Of a DNA stretch of 64,000 nt, positions 11,449 to 24,907 are shown piece by piece. The DNA comes from Nemertoderma westbladi (lineage: Eukaryota > Animalia > Xenacoelomorpha). The stretch lies in contig JAUCBJ010003340.1 in the NCBI GenBank assembly GCA_032718475.1, positions 6,733-70,732 on the forward strand, written 5' to 3'. Made by a program: the position numbers and the translations under genes. Every line of letters starts with the position of its first letter. Position 1 is the first letter of the stretch. Below the pieces are notes generated by a model. It saw only the letters and a list, made by a program, of their open reading frames with translations. It ran no database searches and had not been told where the DNA came from.

Positions 11449-14400
11449 TAAGGACTACTGAAGCAAGGAATCCAGAAATAAAGAAAATCTAGACTTCGCT
11501 AGTGAAGGCCATGTTATTTACTACTACTACTAGGTCGAGCGAACTCGGACAGTGGAAATGAGATCCTTCCAGGCTTCCCGATTCTCCATAGTTGTCGCAA
11601 TTTCGTTTCTCCCAAGTTCAGTATCCCTTTCAAGTTGATCTATATATGTTATGGCAGGTCGTCCACGACTAAGCTTTCCATGAGTTGGTTGCCAGAGAAG
11701 TAGATCTGGTATGACCTCGTCTTTACTTCGCCAGCAGTGCCCACTGAATCTTAATCTGCGTTCACGGAGGGTGGTTGATACAGGTGGTATTGTACCATAA
11801 AGCTCGGCGTTTTTCATGTGTTGTCTCCAGCTGATGTTTAGGGCTGCCCTTAGTAGTCTTGTGTAGCAACCATCAATTCGTTGTTCAAGTGATTTAGTCA
11901 GTGTCCAGGTCTCACCCCCATATAAAAATACACTTTCCACTGTGGCTCGAAAGAACTTAGTCTTCAGGTGCCTGGAGAGATCTGATTTCCAGATGGTATC
12001 CATTTTTGATAGAGCTACCCAAGCCTTTGCTTTCCTAACTTCTATGTCCTTTTTGCTACTCTCTATCCATGATCCAAGGTACTGGAAGTCATCGACCTTC
12101 CTTAGTTGATTATTATCAATGGTTGTCAAGTTTCCATCAACATTAAAGGTCATGAATTCGGTCTTGGTAGAATTTATATACAATCCAACCTCCTTAGCAG
12201 CCCTCTCCACTTTATTTAGTAGAAGCTGTGCATCTGCTAGCGTATTAGAGAGCAGGGCGATGTCATCCGCAAAGTCGGTGTCTGTGACTGTAGTTGCCGG
12301 ATATCTACTACTTCTGCGTTCTTGAAGTGTGAATCCCAGATCTTCACCCTTTGTGGCCGTCCTCATTGCGTAATCCAGCACAATTACAAATAGTAATGGT
12401 GCTAATGTGTCACCTTGCAGTACGCCAGCCAGGATTGAGAAAAACTCAGTTTCACCATCTGGTGAGAGTACCTGCGCTTCTGTGTCACAATATAACAATC
12501 CAATGCCAGCAACAATTACTTCTGGTATTCCATAAGCTCTTAGGATTTCAAACTTTTACCTCTATGGATGGAGTCGAATGCCTTCTTGAAGTCCACAAAA
12601 GTCATGACTGCGAGGAGATTCTTTGACTTAATTCCTTCAATCAGTCTCCGTAGTGCAAGTATCTGAGCTATTGTTGATCTACTTGGTCGAAATCCGTTTT
12701 GGCTCTTACGCAGTAGTTTCTCTATGTGAGGCCTAATCCAATATAAAATCATTTTATTGTATATTTTGGCAGCTACCACAAGCAGACAGATCCCACGATA
12801 GCTTGTTGGTATGCCGAGGTCTCCTTTCTTGGGGAGAGGCTTTAGTTGACCTTTAGTCCAAATTGGTGGTGGCTTTTCCCCTTTTAACATCCGGTTGCAA
12901 ACATTCAATAATGGTCTATTTAGCACTCCGGTTTTCCATACCTCCGCTGGGATTTCATCTAATCCACTCGCTTTATTATTGGACATGCTTTTAATGCTTC
13001 TTTGGAGTTCGGCAGGTGTGAAGTCCCCTGTTTCTATAGGTAGTGTCTTGTCATATATTTTCATTGTAGGGCTGACCTCGATGTTTGGTGGCTGCCCAAG
13101 CAAGTTGCTGAAATGATTTTTCCACTTCCCAACACGTTCTTCAGGACTATCGGCTTTGAGGCGCCCCTTTGCACAACTTTTCCGACCAGATACATCATTT
13201 ACAGTTTGCCAGGTAAGTCTTGATTGTTGCTGTATGTGAGCAGTTGTAATTGCTTCAGTTTTATCCTGTATGTACTTTTCCTGGCTGATGTTGTAGGCCA
13301 ATTTAAGATCGTCCTTAGCTTTCTCAACCTTGGTAATGTTTTCGGTTGTTGGTTGTTCGATTTTAACTTTGTAGGCTATCTTAAGATCCTCTCTCTTACA
13401 AGTAACCTCAGAGTTTTGCCATGGCACATACTGTTTTCGTTTAGGTTTCTGGGGGATATGCCTCTTAGCTGTTTCCTTGTGGGCTGTTATTATATTCTGG
13501 TATATTGAATCGGTGGATTGGTCTTCATCCATTGACTGAAGTGTTATTTTTTTATTTATGTTATTTATGTTACCGGTAAACAGTTGAACTGATAAACTTA
13601 CTCATCCTGGGGTAAAAAAAACTATAGAGAATCTATTTTTGGTATTAGTTTTTCAATTAAATGTTGCTTTCATGTATTGTTTTCTATATTTTAATGTTTC
13701 ATAATAATGTAGACTAGCTGTAGGCCCGCCCTATCATACAGGTATAGGCTGATAGGCCAAGTTCTGTAGTTCAGGTAATCCACTGATGCATGCAGAGTAG
13801 CACGTACTGACAAGGCGACGATGTAGTCAGTAATAGTTATATTTCGCCATACAACCATTTACCAGAACGAGACTACTGGATTGCTGCATTGCCAATGCGA
13901 CTCCGCGAAGACTGGATGATGGTTTGCCTTTCATCTAAGGGAAGAATGCAGTCATCTGTGTATCACCCACATGGATTTCCCGGAGATGTTCCGCACATCA
14001 AGGTGGCCGATGGGTCGTTGTGACCAACTGTTCCATCAAATTAATTTCCCGAGTACCAGCATCCTGTATAGCATAGGCCTACCGCGAGCACCTTCGACGC
14101 CACCCCAAACTCCGCCTGTCGAACTATCAAAGCATGACTAGCTCTCGAAGGACTTATCTGGTAGATGGGTTCGTTGAACTTGATACTGGGATCGACTCCT
14201 GCATTCACGTTCTGCCATGGACGTTTTTATTATACCCTTGAGATGGTAACTCTTCGTTTTCTATGAGGAAAAATACATCGGTCCTGTAAACATTTGCTTG
14301 AAGGCACTACTATGTTCCGATATTTATATTTCCGCAGACGATTCCAATGGTGATCGCCTGTCATTGCATCACTGTCTGGGACCAAATAACCAACATTGTG

Positions 14401-14989
14401 ACAATGGTGAAAAGAGTCACAGATCCCCGAAACGCTATTGGGTACCTCCAGAAGGCCCAAGAACTTATTTTGAAAGTCATTTACTCTGGGAATTCGAAAC
14501 ACGTAACTTGAAATTAACACGAAATTCGTAACTTGAACTACATTGTTCGAAGACATACTCCAAGTTTATATATATGATTGCAATACAAGGTTATCCTTTA
14601 AGTTACCGTACCGGATTCTGTGGACTATTGCAATATTGCCTTTAGAATGCGCTCATTAAAAGAGGCTCCAGACTGTTACAAGCGATCTTCTAGTTCAAAT
14701 AGCGCCAACTAAAGTTCTGAGTAAAACCAAAACACCATCCATATAAAGATGTCAGGTTGCGCCCATCAAAAACGAGATGAAGGTTGTCCCTCAACTCATG
14801 GACCTTCGATGCAATAAAAATGCATCCCTCTCCGGGAAAACTAATACCAGAAATAGATTTCTCCATAATTTTTTACCCCAGGATGTGTATGTTTATCATT
14901 CAAACTGGTTACAAGTAACATAAACAACATGACCTTCGCTAGCGAAGCCTGGATTTACCATGTGCCAGTCTTTGCTTCAGTAGTCCTTG
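11449..14989. mobile_element. Non-autonomous DNA transposon with ~170-bp TIRs (P- or hAT-like)
   Basis: Termini (t/c)aaggactactgaagcaa; perfect 8-bp TSD attccaat (11441-11448, 14990-14997); left TIR split by an RTE, remainder 13550-13655 inverted to 14835-14935. Confidence 0.85.
11520..13541 (-). mobile_element. 5'-truncated RTE-clade retrotransposon (family RTE-1), one frameshift near 12545
   Basis: ORFs 12540-13532 and 11530-12498 with VDFKKAFDS, GVLQGDTLAP, FADD; (TAG)n tail; TSD tgttattt (11512-11519, 13542-13549). Confidence 0.95.
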
Positions 14990-15346
14990 ATTCCAATGTA
15001 AGCCACTTGGGAAAGATTCAAATCGATATTTTTTTTTATGTCCTTCCTTACCTGCAATTAGATTGAACACTGACATTGAACAACGACTAATATGATTTTA
15101 GCAAAAAAAAAAGTACATCATGGATGGAATGTCACTTCATGGCATAGCATGAAATGGATGGCATGGCATTATTTTATCGGCATGACATGGTATCACATTT
15201 GGAATGTAAAGGCATGTCAGATATGAACATTAGCCAATTATGCATTGTGTATGACAGTTGCGGAAAATTATTGGTATTGACAGTTGAGAGGCATGAGGAC
15301 ATAAATTGCTGACAATGGGTAATATTTCCAGCTCTACCTTTTAACT

Positions 15347-15415
15347 TAGCCGGCATCGGAATGGTTAGAGCGCCAGACTTCAAACCTGGAGGTCACCAGT
15401 TCGATCCCATCTGGA
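15347..15415 (+). repeat. Degenerate tRNA-like (SINE head) sequence with a UCA-containing anticodon-like loop
   Basis: tggttagagcg, ccaga-cttcaaa-cctgg, aggtc, agttcgatccc; acceptor and T stems pair poorly. Confidence 0.5.
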
Positions 15416-15575
15416 CGTCATTGCCGAATTTGCTAAGCTGTGACCAACGAAAATTATAATAGCATATTATGGCACATATCATTATGATATAACACAAGAC
15501 ACATTATGATAATTCAGACCATGGCATTGCTGGCCATAGTATGGGATAGCATGGCAACCACTGTTAGGGTAGAAC

Positions 15576-15960
15576 ATACTACTACTACTAGGACCGGCAT
15601 GCTGCATTGCAGCTGCATTTTCAAGAATGCTGTGCCAGCCTGTTGACAAAATGGCGCCGCCACAACTCCCTATCACCCATGACATTTGCTAAATGATCGG
15701 CATCTTCAAGGCCAGTGTCCTTTAAGATACATATCAAGAAAGTCATGAGGCTGCCAAAGCACAAGATTATGCACTGGCTGGTCCTCATGACGAAAGCAAT
15801 GCCCTGCAAAGCGGAGGCGGCTTTGTTCTAGTGCCAAGCTTGGGAGTACCAATGTTATATAGTGTCTGGTTTGAGATGTGTGCAATGTACTTGACACAGT
15901 GAACCCGGCGTAGCATTCTTGACACATTGAACTACTTTTGCGTTCTCTTTTGATGGACTA
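15576..15960 (-). mobile_element. RTE-clade 3' fragment (family RTE-2)
   Basis: RLRFAGHCFR...LVLWQP, MGDRELWR; (TAG)n tail; similar to 54480-54980. Confidence 0.85.
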
Positions 15961-16262
15961 CGCATTACATGGCATATTGGTATTTAATTTAGTTATATTT
16001 GTCTGTCTGTCGTTTGTTCCTTTCAATTCAAATGGGCATATTATTCTAATGGGCAATAATAGTACAGTAGGCCCTATATGTACAGACACAGACCAGTCAC
16101 CCAAACAGAAATAAGATAAAATAGTGACAAGTAATAAGATAAAATAGTGAGTGACAAGTAATTCAAACAATCTACTACTGAATGAAACATACTCTTTATT
16201 CAATCGAAATTTCCAATTTATTATGTCATTTAAATCAATAATGTTGCAATTGAATTTCATGT

Positions 16263-16931
16263 CTATTGTCCCTGATAAATTCCTCCTACAATGAGACCAA
16301 TAAGGGCCGCAACCAAATCCCAGGTCGTTGCTACGTTATTGGAACCGCTCTCTGCAACCAATGAGGTTGCTGTGTTATCCTCTGTGGTTGTTGAATGGAT
16401 GTCTGCGACCCTTCCTTTCCATACACCTGGAGGACATGTGCCATTGCAACATTGATATTGGCAAGCTTCATATGTCACTGTGACATCATTTTTTAGCCAA
16501 TTTACAATATTCAAAATTCTGACATGATCGTCATCTCTATGTTCTTCACTAAGCCCGGGAAGAACCACCTGCATGTAGTAAGTGCAGCCATCCTGGTTAA
16601 GTGGAACACATCGCACAGAAGAGCTTCCATCATCGTTGCAATTCTTACCAAAATACTCAATTGTAAGTTCCTCGTCTCCATACTTCTTATCTATCGAATA
16701 TCCAGTAGCTATATATGATAAATCAATACATTGTGGACAACCACTCTTAGTGCCAGTATCGTTTCGAAAGGTCGGATTACTTTTTGTAAACGCAGCTACT
16801 TTATCATGGTATACTTTTTGTAAGATGCCATTTTCAGAGGAAATCTTCCACCTCACTCCAGCTGGACAGGTAAAGTTGGAAGCTGCCATTGTTGTTTGGA
16901 AAGCAAGTAATAGAGTAGACATAAGTTGCAT
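16263..16931 (-). CDS. Uncharacterised 222-aa Cys-rich secreted protein, probably GPI-anchored
   Basis: Uninterrupted ORF with hydrophobic N-terminus, 10 Cys, several N-x-S/T sequons, S/T-rich stalk and hydrophobic C-terminus; splice acceptor ttgttttag just upstream (~16973); AATAAA ~65 nt after the stop. Confidence 0.75.
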   Translation of the reverse strand: MQLMSTLLLAFQTTMAASNFTCPAGVRWKISSENGILQKVYHDKVAAFTKSNPTFRNDTGTKSGCPQCIDLSYIATGYSIDKKYGDEELTIEYFGKNCNDDGSSSVRCVPLNQDGCTYYMQVVLPGLSEEHRDDDHVRILNIVNWLKNDVTVTYEACQYQCCNGTCPPGVWKGRVADIHSTTTEDNTATSLVAESGSNNVATTWDLVAALIGLIVGGIYQGQ

Positions 16932-17274
16932 GTTATTTTAGTTGATAGTGTTATCGCGTGCTGTACAGGATTCTAAAACAACCGAGTTATTAATTATTAA
17001 GTCTATTTGTTGTCTGTTAATTGAGGCCCTCTTGGCAACAATATAATGGGAAGTGCAAAATTATGTTTGGAGTAAATCGTAATAAAGTAAAAAAAATACT
17101 TGAGATTTCGGCTCTATCACACTACAGGCGCCATGTTTTATAAGGAAAGCATAGAGCGTTATTTTACTTGGCTGTCTTGGGTTACTTAATGACTTGGTTT
17201 TTGGGATGTTTTGTAGGTACTGACTGGGATATTGGTTTGTTTTTTAGGTTAGGGTTCGTTGGTCCGGCACAAAC

Positions 17275-17406
17275 CATAATTAAAAGCAGTAATTGAACTC
17301 TAACCCTAAGTCATGAGGCTCTAATCTAATAAATTTTGTGGAAAGAAAATTTCTTGATTAGAGCCTCATGACTTAGGGTTAGGGTTCAATTACTACATTA
17401 ATTATG
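17275..17406. mobile_element. Short palindromic MITE
   Basis: gtaattgaactctaaccctaagtcatgaggctctaatc / gattagagcctcatgacttagggttagggttcaattac. Confidence 0.8.
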
Positions 17407-17572
17407 ACATTAACCACTCTTGTAACCTGTGAGGCCCACGAGAACCGTGAATAGTGGCGCCTCTAGTGTGATATCCCCGAGTTTTCTGTTAGTTACTGAT
17501 ATTCTAGCCAATATTATGTTAATCTTTGATAGATTTGTATGAAACTGTATTTCTTGTTCTAACTTCAGTAAA

Positions 17573-17880
17573 TTAAGGGGACCCTTACCACCAATGAAAG
17601 TGAAATTTTCAAAAAAAGTTATATCCAAGTTCTACCAAACTTGTTGTAGTTTGGTAGAAAGGCTTTCATATGGTGACATCGGTATTCATCAATAAATATT
17701 TTTTTCATCACAAAATCGCGTATTTGAACAACATAATTTATTTGTGATATTCATTACTCTCTGTATAAAACAACCTTTTTCTCAGATTATCGATTTAGAC
17801 ATTGTTCATCACTAAATTCCCTACAACTTTTTTATTTTTCATTTAACTTTCATCAAACAGATACCAAAATGTTTAGCAGC
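17573..17880 (+). mobile_element. End fragment of a TTAA-flanked (Kolobok-like) element
   Basis: Starts TTAA-gggg; 17755-17880 is the reverse complement of ~2630-2755. Confidence 0.6.
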
Positions 17881-19216
17881 TTTATTATTACTGTTTCTTC
17901 TACATGATATATTTTACATTTAAATTCCTGAAAAATATACAATTTCTACACGACCGACCTGCACAAAACGTGTCATATTTTTTAACGATAGGCCTAGAGT
18001 TTACTAAGCTATCCATACTCAGTTTTCATAGATCACAGATCGTTGTTGTTAAAGTTTCAGAGTAGTAGCTTTATAAGTAAAATAAAAATAGATTTGGGGT
18101 AATCTTCAGAAAATAGAAAGAAAAAATGAAAAAAAAAAAGAAAAAATAGAAATATTTACAGTGACTTTAATCTTTATAAAAGATGGAGTATATATATAGC
18201 TAAAATAATAATTTATATAATTATTAATTATTATAGATATTTTCCCCATGCTAAATTAGGTTATAAATAACATTATTTCCGTATATTTAATTTAATAATA
18301 TATAATATTATTACTTTGGTCGAATCATCAATCACAGCTAAAGCATGGCATATAACAGAAAATAAAAATATTTTTGTTGACAAAATACAACGTCATTGCC
18401 GCCCCGAGAGAGCATCAATTAACTTATTTATTATAATGTAATATAAAAAATAATGCAATAATAGTAAAACTAATAGATTTGTGTAGATCTTTGTAGACTT
18501 CTTTCTTTAGTTGGCCTTCGATTCTGTTTACCACACATAAACGTTCAAGATCATTGAGGTTTCTGGGATCCTCGATGAGATAATAGCTGCAATGAAATCA
18601 CAGTATGATAGTTCCACAAAATATATATATCTCTCTATATGCTTGTACTGTACAATGGAAACATTTGTTTCTAGAATTAAAGAAATACACTTTAATGGAC
18701 CTCGCCTTTGTGGATGATCTGGGTTTAAAGTCAGAAACATACAGTAGGTTGCGTTGTTGGTGTGAAAAGATGGCGGTGCTGAACAGGCAGCACCCAATGT
18801 AAATAAATAATTAACATAAAATGTTATAATAATTATGTATATAGTTTATAATAAAATCTTATCTATTAACTGACTATTAACTAGTAACAAATTCAATTTT
18901 TAGACTTATAATTTTAGGCAATTTTTATTTAACTGTTGCAGTTCAGTCAGACGTGCGAAATAAATAATGAATATTTGCAATAACTATAGGTGTTTGCCTT
19001 GGAATTTGCCTTGAAACTTAACAAGTGATAGGCCTACAGTATGTACTGTAGCACAATAAAGCAGTCAGTGATCTAAGATAAGACATGTTCAATCACAGAT
19101 TCAAAAAGTTAAATCGCTCTCAATCTCAATTTCATTATTAGCCATACTTATTACATTTTAACAAATATTTGAAATGTAAAAATTTGTGACAAGCAGCATT
19201 TATATTACAGTATATA

Positions 19217-20282
19217 CACCATGTCCTGGAATATAGTGTCGTTATTCAGGTACCTGCCCCCCCCCCCCCCCCAAATTTTTTTACAAATCGTAATGAGATT
19301 GTATGAAATTTGATACAGAGATAGTTTCACCTCCCTCCTCCTTGCTGGGTGAGCCAGAATTTTTATTTTCGCTTTCATTCTTTAGCTACAAGCGTTTGGA
19401 AAAGGTGTCTCCGTCGATATTGCAACAGTTACACCGCAGATATTCTTCAAACATTCAGTGATTTGTTGGTACTAGCGGAAAACTGACCGTGGAAGGATTC
19501 CAAATATGTAAAAATATTTGAATTTGGTTGGGAAATAGCTGAGTTATTGGCATTCGAATTTTGCATTGTATTAGCTTCCACTGCAGGCCATTTATTCTAT
19601 TAATAAATACACCATGTTCTAGAACATTTTGTTTATCTCATAAGTAGCTTGGCAAGAATGCAATGCCTACATGATAATTTTTTTTTTTTTTTTTTTTTAA
19701 ATCAACACCCCGAACGGGGTAAAATGTATAATGTATATTCTGTATCGAATCTAAAATTGTAAGTATAAAACACAAATCGGTAGTGATGACATAAAAATAA
19801 ATTAATAAAATATTCGTCGATATCCGTCGATCACATGATAATACTAGTATATGGATATTCATACATAATCAAAATGTTCTAGAACATTGTGTATTAATTT
19901 AATAGAATAAATGGCCTGCAGTGGAAGCAAATACATGCAAAATTCGAATGTCAATAACTCAGCTATTTCCCAACCAAATTAAATTATTTTTACATATTTG
20001 GAATCCTTGCACGGTCAGCTTTCCACTAGTACCAACAAATCATTAAATGTTTGAAGAATAACTGCGGTGTAACTGTTGCAATATCGACGGAGACACCTTT
20101 TCCAAACGCTTGTAGCTAAAGAATGAAAGCGAAAATAAAAATTCTGGCTCACCCAGAAGGAGGAGGGAGGTGAAACTATCTCTGTTTCAAATTTCATGCA
20201 ATATCATTACGATTTGTAAAAAAAATTTAGGGGGGGGGGGGGCAGGTACCTGAATAACGACACTATATTCCAGGACATGGTG
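19217..20282. mobile_element. Long-TIR foldback element, TA-flanked (Tc1/mariner-type MITE)
   Basis: ~415-bp inverted arms starting caccatgtcctggaatatagtgtcg; ~230-bp AT-rich spacer; TA on both sides. Confidence 0.92.
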
Positions 20283-20997
20283 TAATGTTGTTACAAAAAT
20301 AAGATGTTAAAAAAAGAATGGAGATTACTGTATTTCACTGTGAACTTGTTGTTTTAATTCATATAATTTTTAAGTCAGATATTGACCCATTACGATACAA
20401 ATTAAATCTCAACTCAATAATTTCAGACGTAGTTTATATCAGTTGAAATCTGATAGATATAAAAAATCTATGGAAACCAATAATGATAAATTAAATTACT
20501 AAGTTACTTAAAATATTCAAGAACGTATACCATCAACTCGGGTGAGTTCGGACGCATGGGTGACTTCGGACAAACAATTCCTGATATTTTTATGAGCCTA
20601 CTAAACCATTAATTTGTTACTTACATTTTATAAAAGTGTTTTTGATTATAATTCTATAATAATTTTGTCTTCTTCAGTAATATTCGAGCTTACTGAACTC
20701 TATATAAATATAATAACAATAAATTTATTTATATATTATGTCTGTATGTGGAAACAATAAAATCAATACACGTCAATCAACTATATGTATGTAATTATTG
20801 TCGCAACATCTTGTTAACGGTCCTAGGTGCATAATAATAATTTACTTTCAGTTTACAGGATAGCAGATATCATATTCAGGTAGTGGCGCCAGACTGTCTA
20901 CCAGTCCGTGATATTTGCTTAGTGAATATTATTCTATTATTACCGGTATACCGTCGAAGTACATAAGAAAATATAATGAGTTAAGGCCATACCAGAG

Positions 20998-23900
20998 ATG
21001 GGCAATCTTTCAGAGGCTAAATTGGCTATCCAGAGGGGGATGTCTATTCGTGCAGCCGCCAAAAAATTTAAAATCAAGAAGTCAACTCTACACGATAATA
21101 TCAAAGAGAGAAGAGGGGCAGTGGGGGGTCCAACTGAGCTTTCTAAAGAAGATGAGAATTTAATTCCTACCCTGGTAGACAAGATCGCTGATTGGGGGTA
21201 TCCTGTGGGGCGTGATGAGCTTAAGTGGATGGTTAAAGATCTTTTGGATAAAAGAGGGATCAAGTCAAACAAATTCCATAACAACCTGCCAGGGAATGAT
21301 TGGGTCAAAGGCTTTATGAAACGAAACAAGTTTACCAAGCGCCTTGCTAGCAACATTAAGAGAGCTAGGTCTAGTGTAGATGCTACAATGGTTTTTGAAT
21401 TTTATAATGAACTGGAGGAAACTTTAACCCTATTACCACTGGGGGGGGCCGAATCGGCCCCTTCCTAGTTTTTAGATGCTGTAACTATGCAACCACATTA
21501 CGTACCGGCCCAATTTTTTGTGAGAATTAGCCAAATTTAATGCGGCATCTTTTGCAAAAAACGCCGTTGCAATTGGATTTCTACTTTTCGATGTGGGTGC
21601 CACCTCAAAATTTGGTCTGCAGCACCAAATTTTTTGAAATTTTCGAATTTTACAAAGTCATTCGTGATTTAGTAATTATTTATGTTTGGGCTATTTTTAT
21701 TTATTTTTATTGGTTTGGATCACTCTAATGCTCTATACAAGTATCTAAGTGTAGTGGTACGTCATTTTGGAGCACCAAAATTAGGGCGTGGCACTTCAAA
21801 TTTTGAAAAATACGAGATTCGGAAAATATACTAAAGTTTTGATTTGCAAAGCATTTTTATAGGTTTTCTGGAGCGCTGAATCGATTGAAAGTAATATAGA
21901 AGCCTGAAGACTTAGTGGTTCGCCATTTTTGGTGCACCAAAATTAGGGCGTGGCACTTCAAATTTTCAAAATTTCTTTATTCGGAAAAAACACTAAAGTT
22001 TTGATTTCAAAAAATAGCTAACTTCTAAGTCTTCAGGCTTCTATATTACTTTCAATCGATTCAGCGGTCTGGAAAACCTATATAAATTCGTTAAAATTTC
22101 AATTTTGGTTTATGTTCCGAATCTCGTATTTTTCAAAATTTGAAGTGCCACGCCCTAATTTTGGTGCACCAAAAATGGCGAACCACTCAGTCTTCAGGCT
22201 TCTATATTACTTTCAATCGATTCAGCGGCCCAGAAAACCCATAAAGATGTGTTGAAATAAAAAAATTAGGGGCATTTTCTGAATATCTAATTTTTCAAAA
22301 TTTGAAGTGCCACACCCACTTCTTAGGTGCACGAAAAATAGCATCCACTTCAATTTTTGGAAGTGGAATATAATCACATTCGATTCAGCGTCTTGAAAAA
22401 CCTACTAAATCTAGCCAACACTGCCACACTATTAGTTTTTAGAAAACGAAAAATTTTGTAATTTTGTCCTGGGACTACTTTTATTTTTCATCAAAATTAT
22501 GAGACCCTGCTCATGAAATTTTAACTTTTTAAGATTTGGTAGTGTTCATCAATAGTTGTTTCACCAACAGCCCAAATTTTGTAGGATTTCATTAGACGAC
22601 TACAAAAATATAGTGGGTGGGCCGAATCGCCCCCCCCCCCCCCCCCAGTGGTGCTAATGGTCAAAACACCCCAGTGGTAATAGGGTTAAAGAACTGTCCA
22701 GACCTTGATCCAGCAAACATTTTTAATTTCGACGAGACGTGCTTCTCGGATGATCCTGGCAAGACGTGGGTTCTTGTCCGAAGGGGTCGACGTCGAGTGG
22801 AGAATGTGCAGGAGCATTCGAAGTCGAACATCTCGGTAATGTAGTGTGGGTCTGCAGCTGGAACAATGCTCCCTCCTATGGTGGTATAAAGGCTGCCAAT
22901 CTGTATGAGGGCTGGACTGAAGGTGGGCCCCCTGGGACTGCTTTTGAGATATCAGAAATTGGGTGGTTCGACTCGCGAACGTTCGAGATGTGGTTTGAAA
23001 AGGTTTTCCTGCCACACGTAATATCATTATCTGGTCCGAAATTGCTCCTTGGTGACAATTTGTCCTCACATTTTAATCCTTGGGTGGTCAAGTTGGCAGA
23101 GGATAACGATATAAAGTTCGTAATGCTGCCACCAAATGCCACAAATCTGATCCAGCCTCTCGATGTGGCAGTATTTGGTCCGATGAAGAGGGCATGGAGA
23201 GAGACTTTGGGATCCTGGAGGAGAGAGAGTAGGAAGCGTGGACCCTTTCCCAGGGAGCACTTTCCGACCATGCTTGGGCGACTTTGTGGTGCGACAGCGG
23301 GTAACATGAGCAAAAACCTCAGATCAGGCTTCAAGGCCTGTGGCATTCACCCACTGAATGAGAATGAGGTCCAGAAGAAGCTTCCACAAAGCGAAACTGA
23401 GGCTGTGACTTCGACAGCAGAAAGTTCAACTGGTATACTCAATGACACCCTTATTGGGCTGCTCAGGGAAAATCGCAGAACTGACAGTAGAACACGCAAG
23501 AGGGGCAAGAAGATGCCTCGAGTGGTTGCAGGCAGAGCCCTTACACAGGAAGCCTTGACGAAAGAGCCACCAGTGAAGAAGAACAAGAAGTCAAGTAGAA
23601 CATCAACTACTGCGGTTCTCATAGACACGTTAGCTGCCTCCTTATCAACGTCTGTGACGTCCGCCTTGACATCAACGTCTGTGACAACCTCTGACGCGAC
23701 ATCTATGGTTGTGGACACCGCTGCAGCTTTAAAACAACCGCAAGGCCATCTAGAAAGGCACCAGTATCCTCGCATATTGAGGAGGTTGACATGAATCTAT
23801 GCGCATCATGTCTTCAGATTGATAATGATGATGACGATGATGTGGTGGAGTGGATAGAATGTGAACAACGTCTCCGCTGGTATCACAAAGCCTGTGTTGA
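20998..23900 (+). pseudogene. pogo transposase pseudogene (HTH-psq, CENP-B HTH, DDE, C-terminal PHD-like finger)
   Basis: MSIRAAAKKFKIKKSTL; PGNDWVKGFMKR; IFNFDET; LLGDNLSSH-35 aa-QPLD; WIEC..WYHKAC; stop at 22842, frameshift ~22887, MITE insertion. Confidence 0.9.
21428..22685. mobile_element. piggyBac-type MITE
   Basis: TIR ccctattaccactgggg / ccccagtggtaataggg; TTAA TSD; internal direct and inverted repeats of ~170 bp. Confidence 0.92.
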
Positions 23901-24907
23901 GGAGTTTGGAGATGAATTTTGTCTCTACTGCTTTTAAATTTTAACATTCACTTATTAGGCCCTAGGTTATTTGTAAATCTTGTCTGTCAGTCTGTTCTGT
24001 CTGTCTCCAGTTCTTTTGTCTGCTTTTTAATAGTAGTTAATTGTTTTAAAATATCTCTATTGTTTTCATCTGTTTTAGGTCAAATCCATTACGTTATTTC
24101 TGTATTTTATTACTGTCTCATTGATAATTTTATATCTATATATAATATCTTATATAAATATATTTTATAGTCTTATAATTGGTTTTCATTATTGTCATTT
24201 TCTTGGCTTGTGGTCGTCCATTTTTTAAAACACACGTTTTTGTCCGAAGTCTACCTCTGTGCTAACTTTCTTCGTACTTATAAATTAGTTAACGCGTGTC
24301 CGAAGTCACCCGACATATAGGGTGAGTTCGGACAAAATTTGGTTAACAAAAATGACACAAGAATATTTTTTTCGCATCATTTTTTTTGGTTGGGATATAT
24401 GGCCAAGATGTGCAATGTTACGTTCAGCCAAAAAAATTCGTAAACCAGGTCGAGTGGTTCTACCGACGCGCCGAAGACCTCTAAAAACGTCCGAACTCAC
24501 CCTGGTTGACGGTATTGCTTAGGTATTTTAGGTAATTTTTAATTTATTCTGTATATTGCGAAATACACTAAAATCTCATGCAAATAGCATGAGGATTTAA
24601 GTGCATATAGAAATGCATTCAAAACTAAACACCTAATGTAATTTTTGTGAATGAAATTACCGTAAATGTTGCAAGATTTCAAAGGATCTAACCTTTTAAA
24701 TGATTTGCACCACGTCTGGTGGGTGTATTTATTGGGTATTTTCATTAATAATTTAATGTTCGTAACTGTTATTTGATGGCAGATTTCAAAAGTTCGATTC
24801 CTTTACTAACTCAAACCGCATTTTCATCAATTTCTACTTGTTTTAGAAATATAGTCAAGAAACAGTGTAACTTTCCTATTTTATTTTTTTCTAGTGAAAT
24901 TTTTTCT

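Larger units (their letters stand above)
20530..24512 (+). mobile_element. pogo-superfamily DNA transposon (DD35D), disrupted
   Basis: TIR ccatcaactcgggtgagttcggacg / cgtccgaactcaccctggttgacgg, TA flanks, subterminal ttcggac repeats. Confidence 0.92.

Noticed and set aside
22876-23775. Antisense ORFs over pogo (and similar ones over RTE, L2 and the channel gene)
   Set aside because: Shadow frames of genuine coding sequence on the opposite strand
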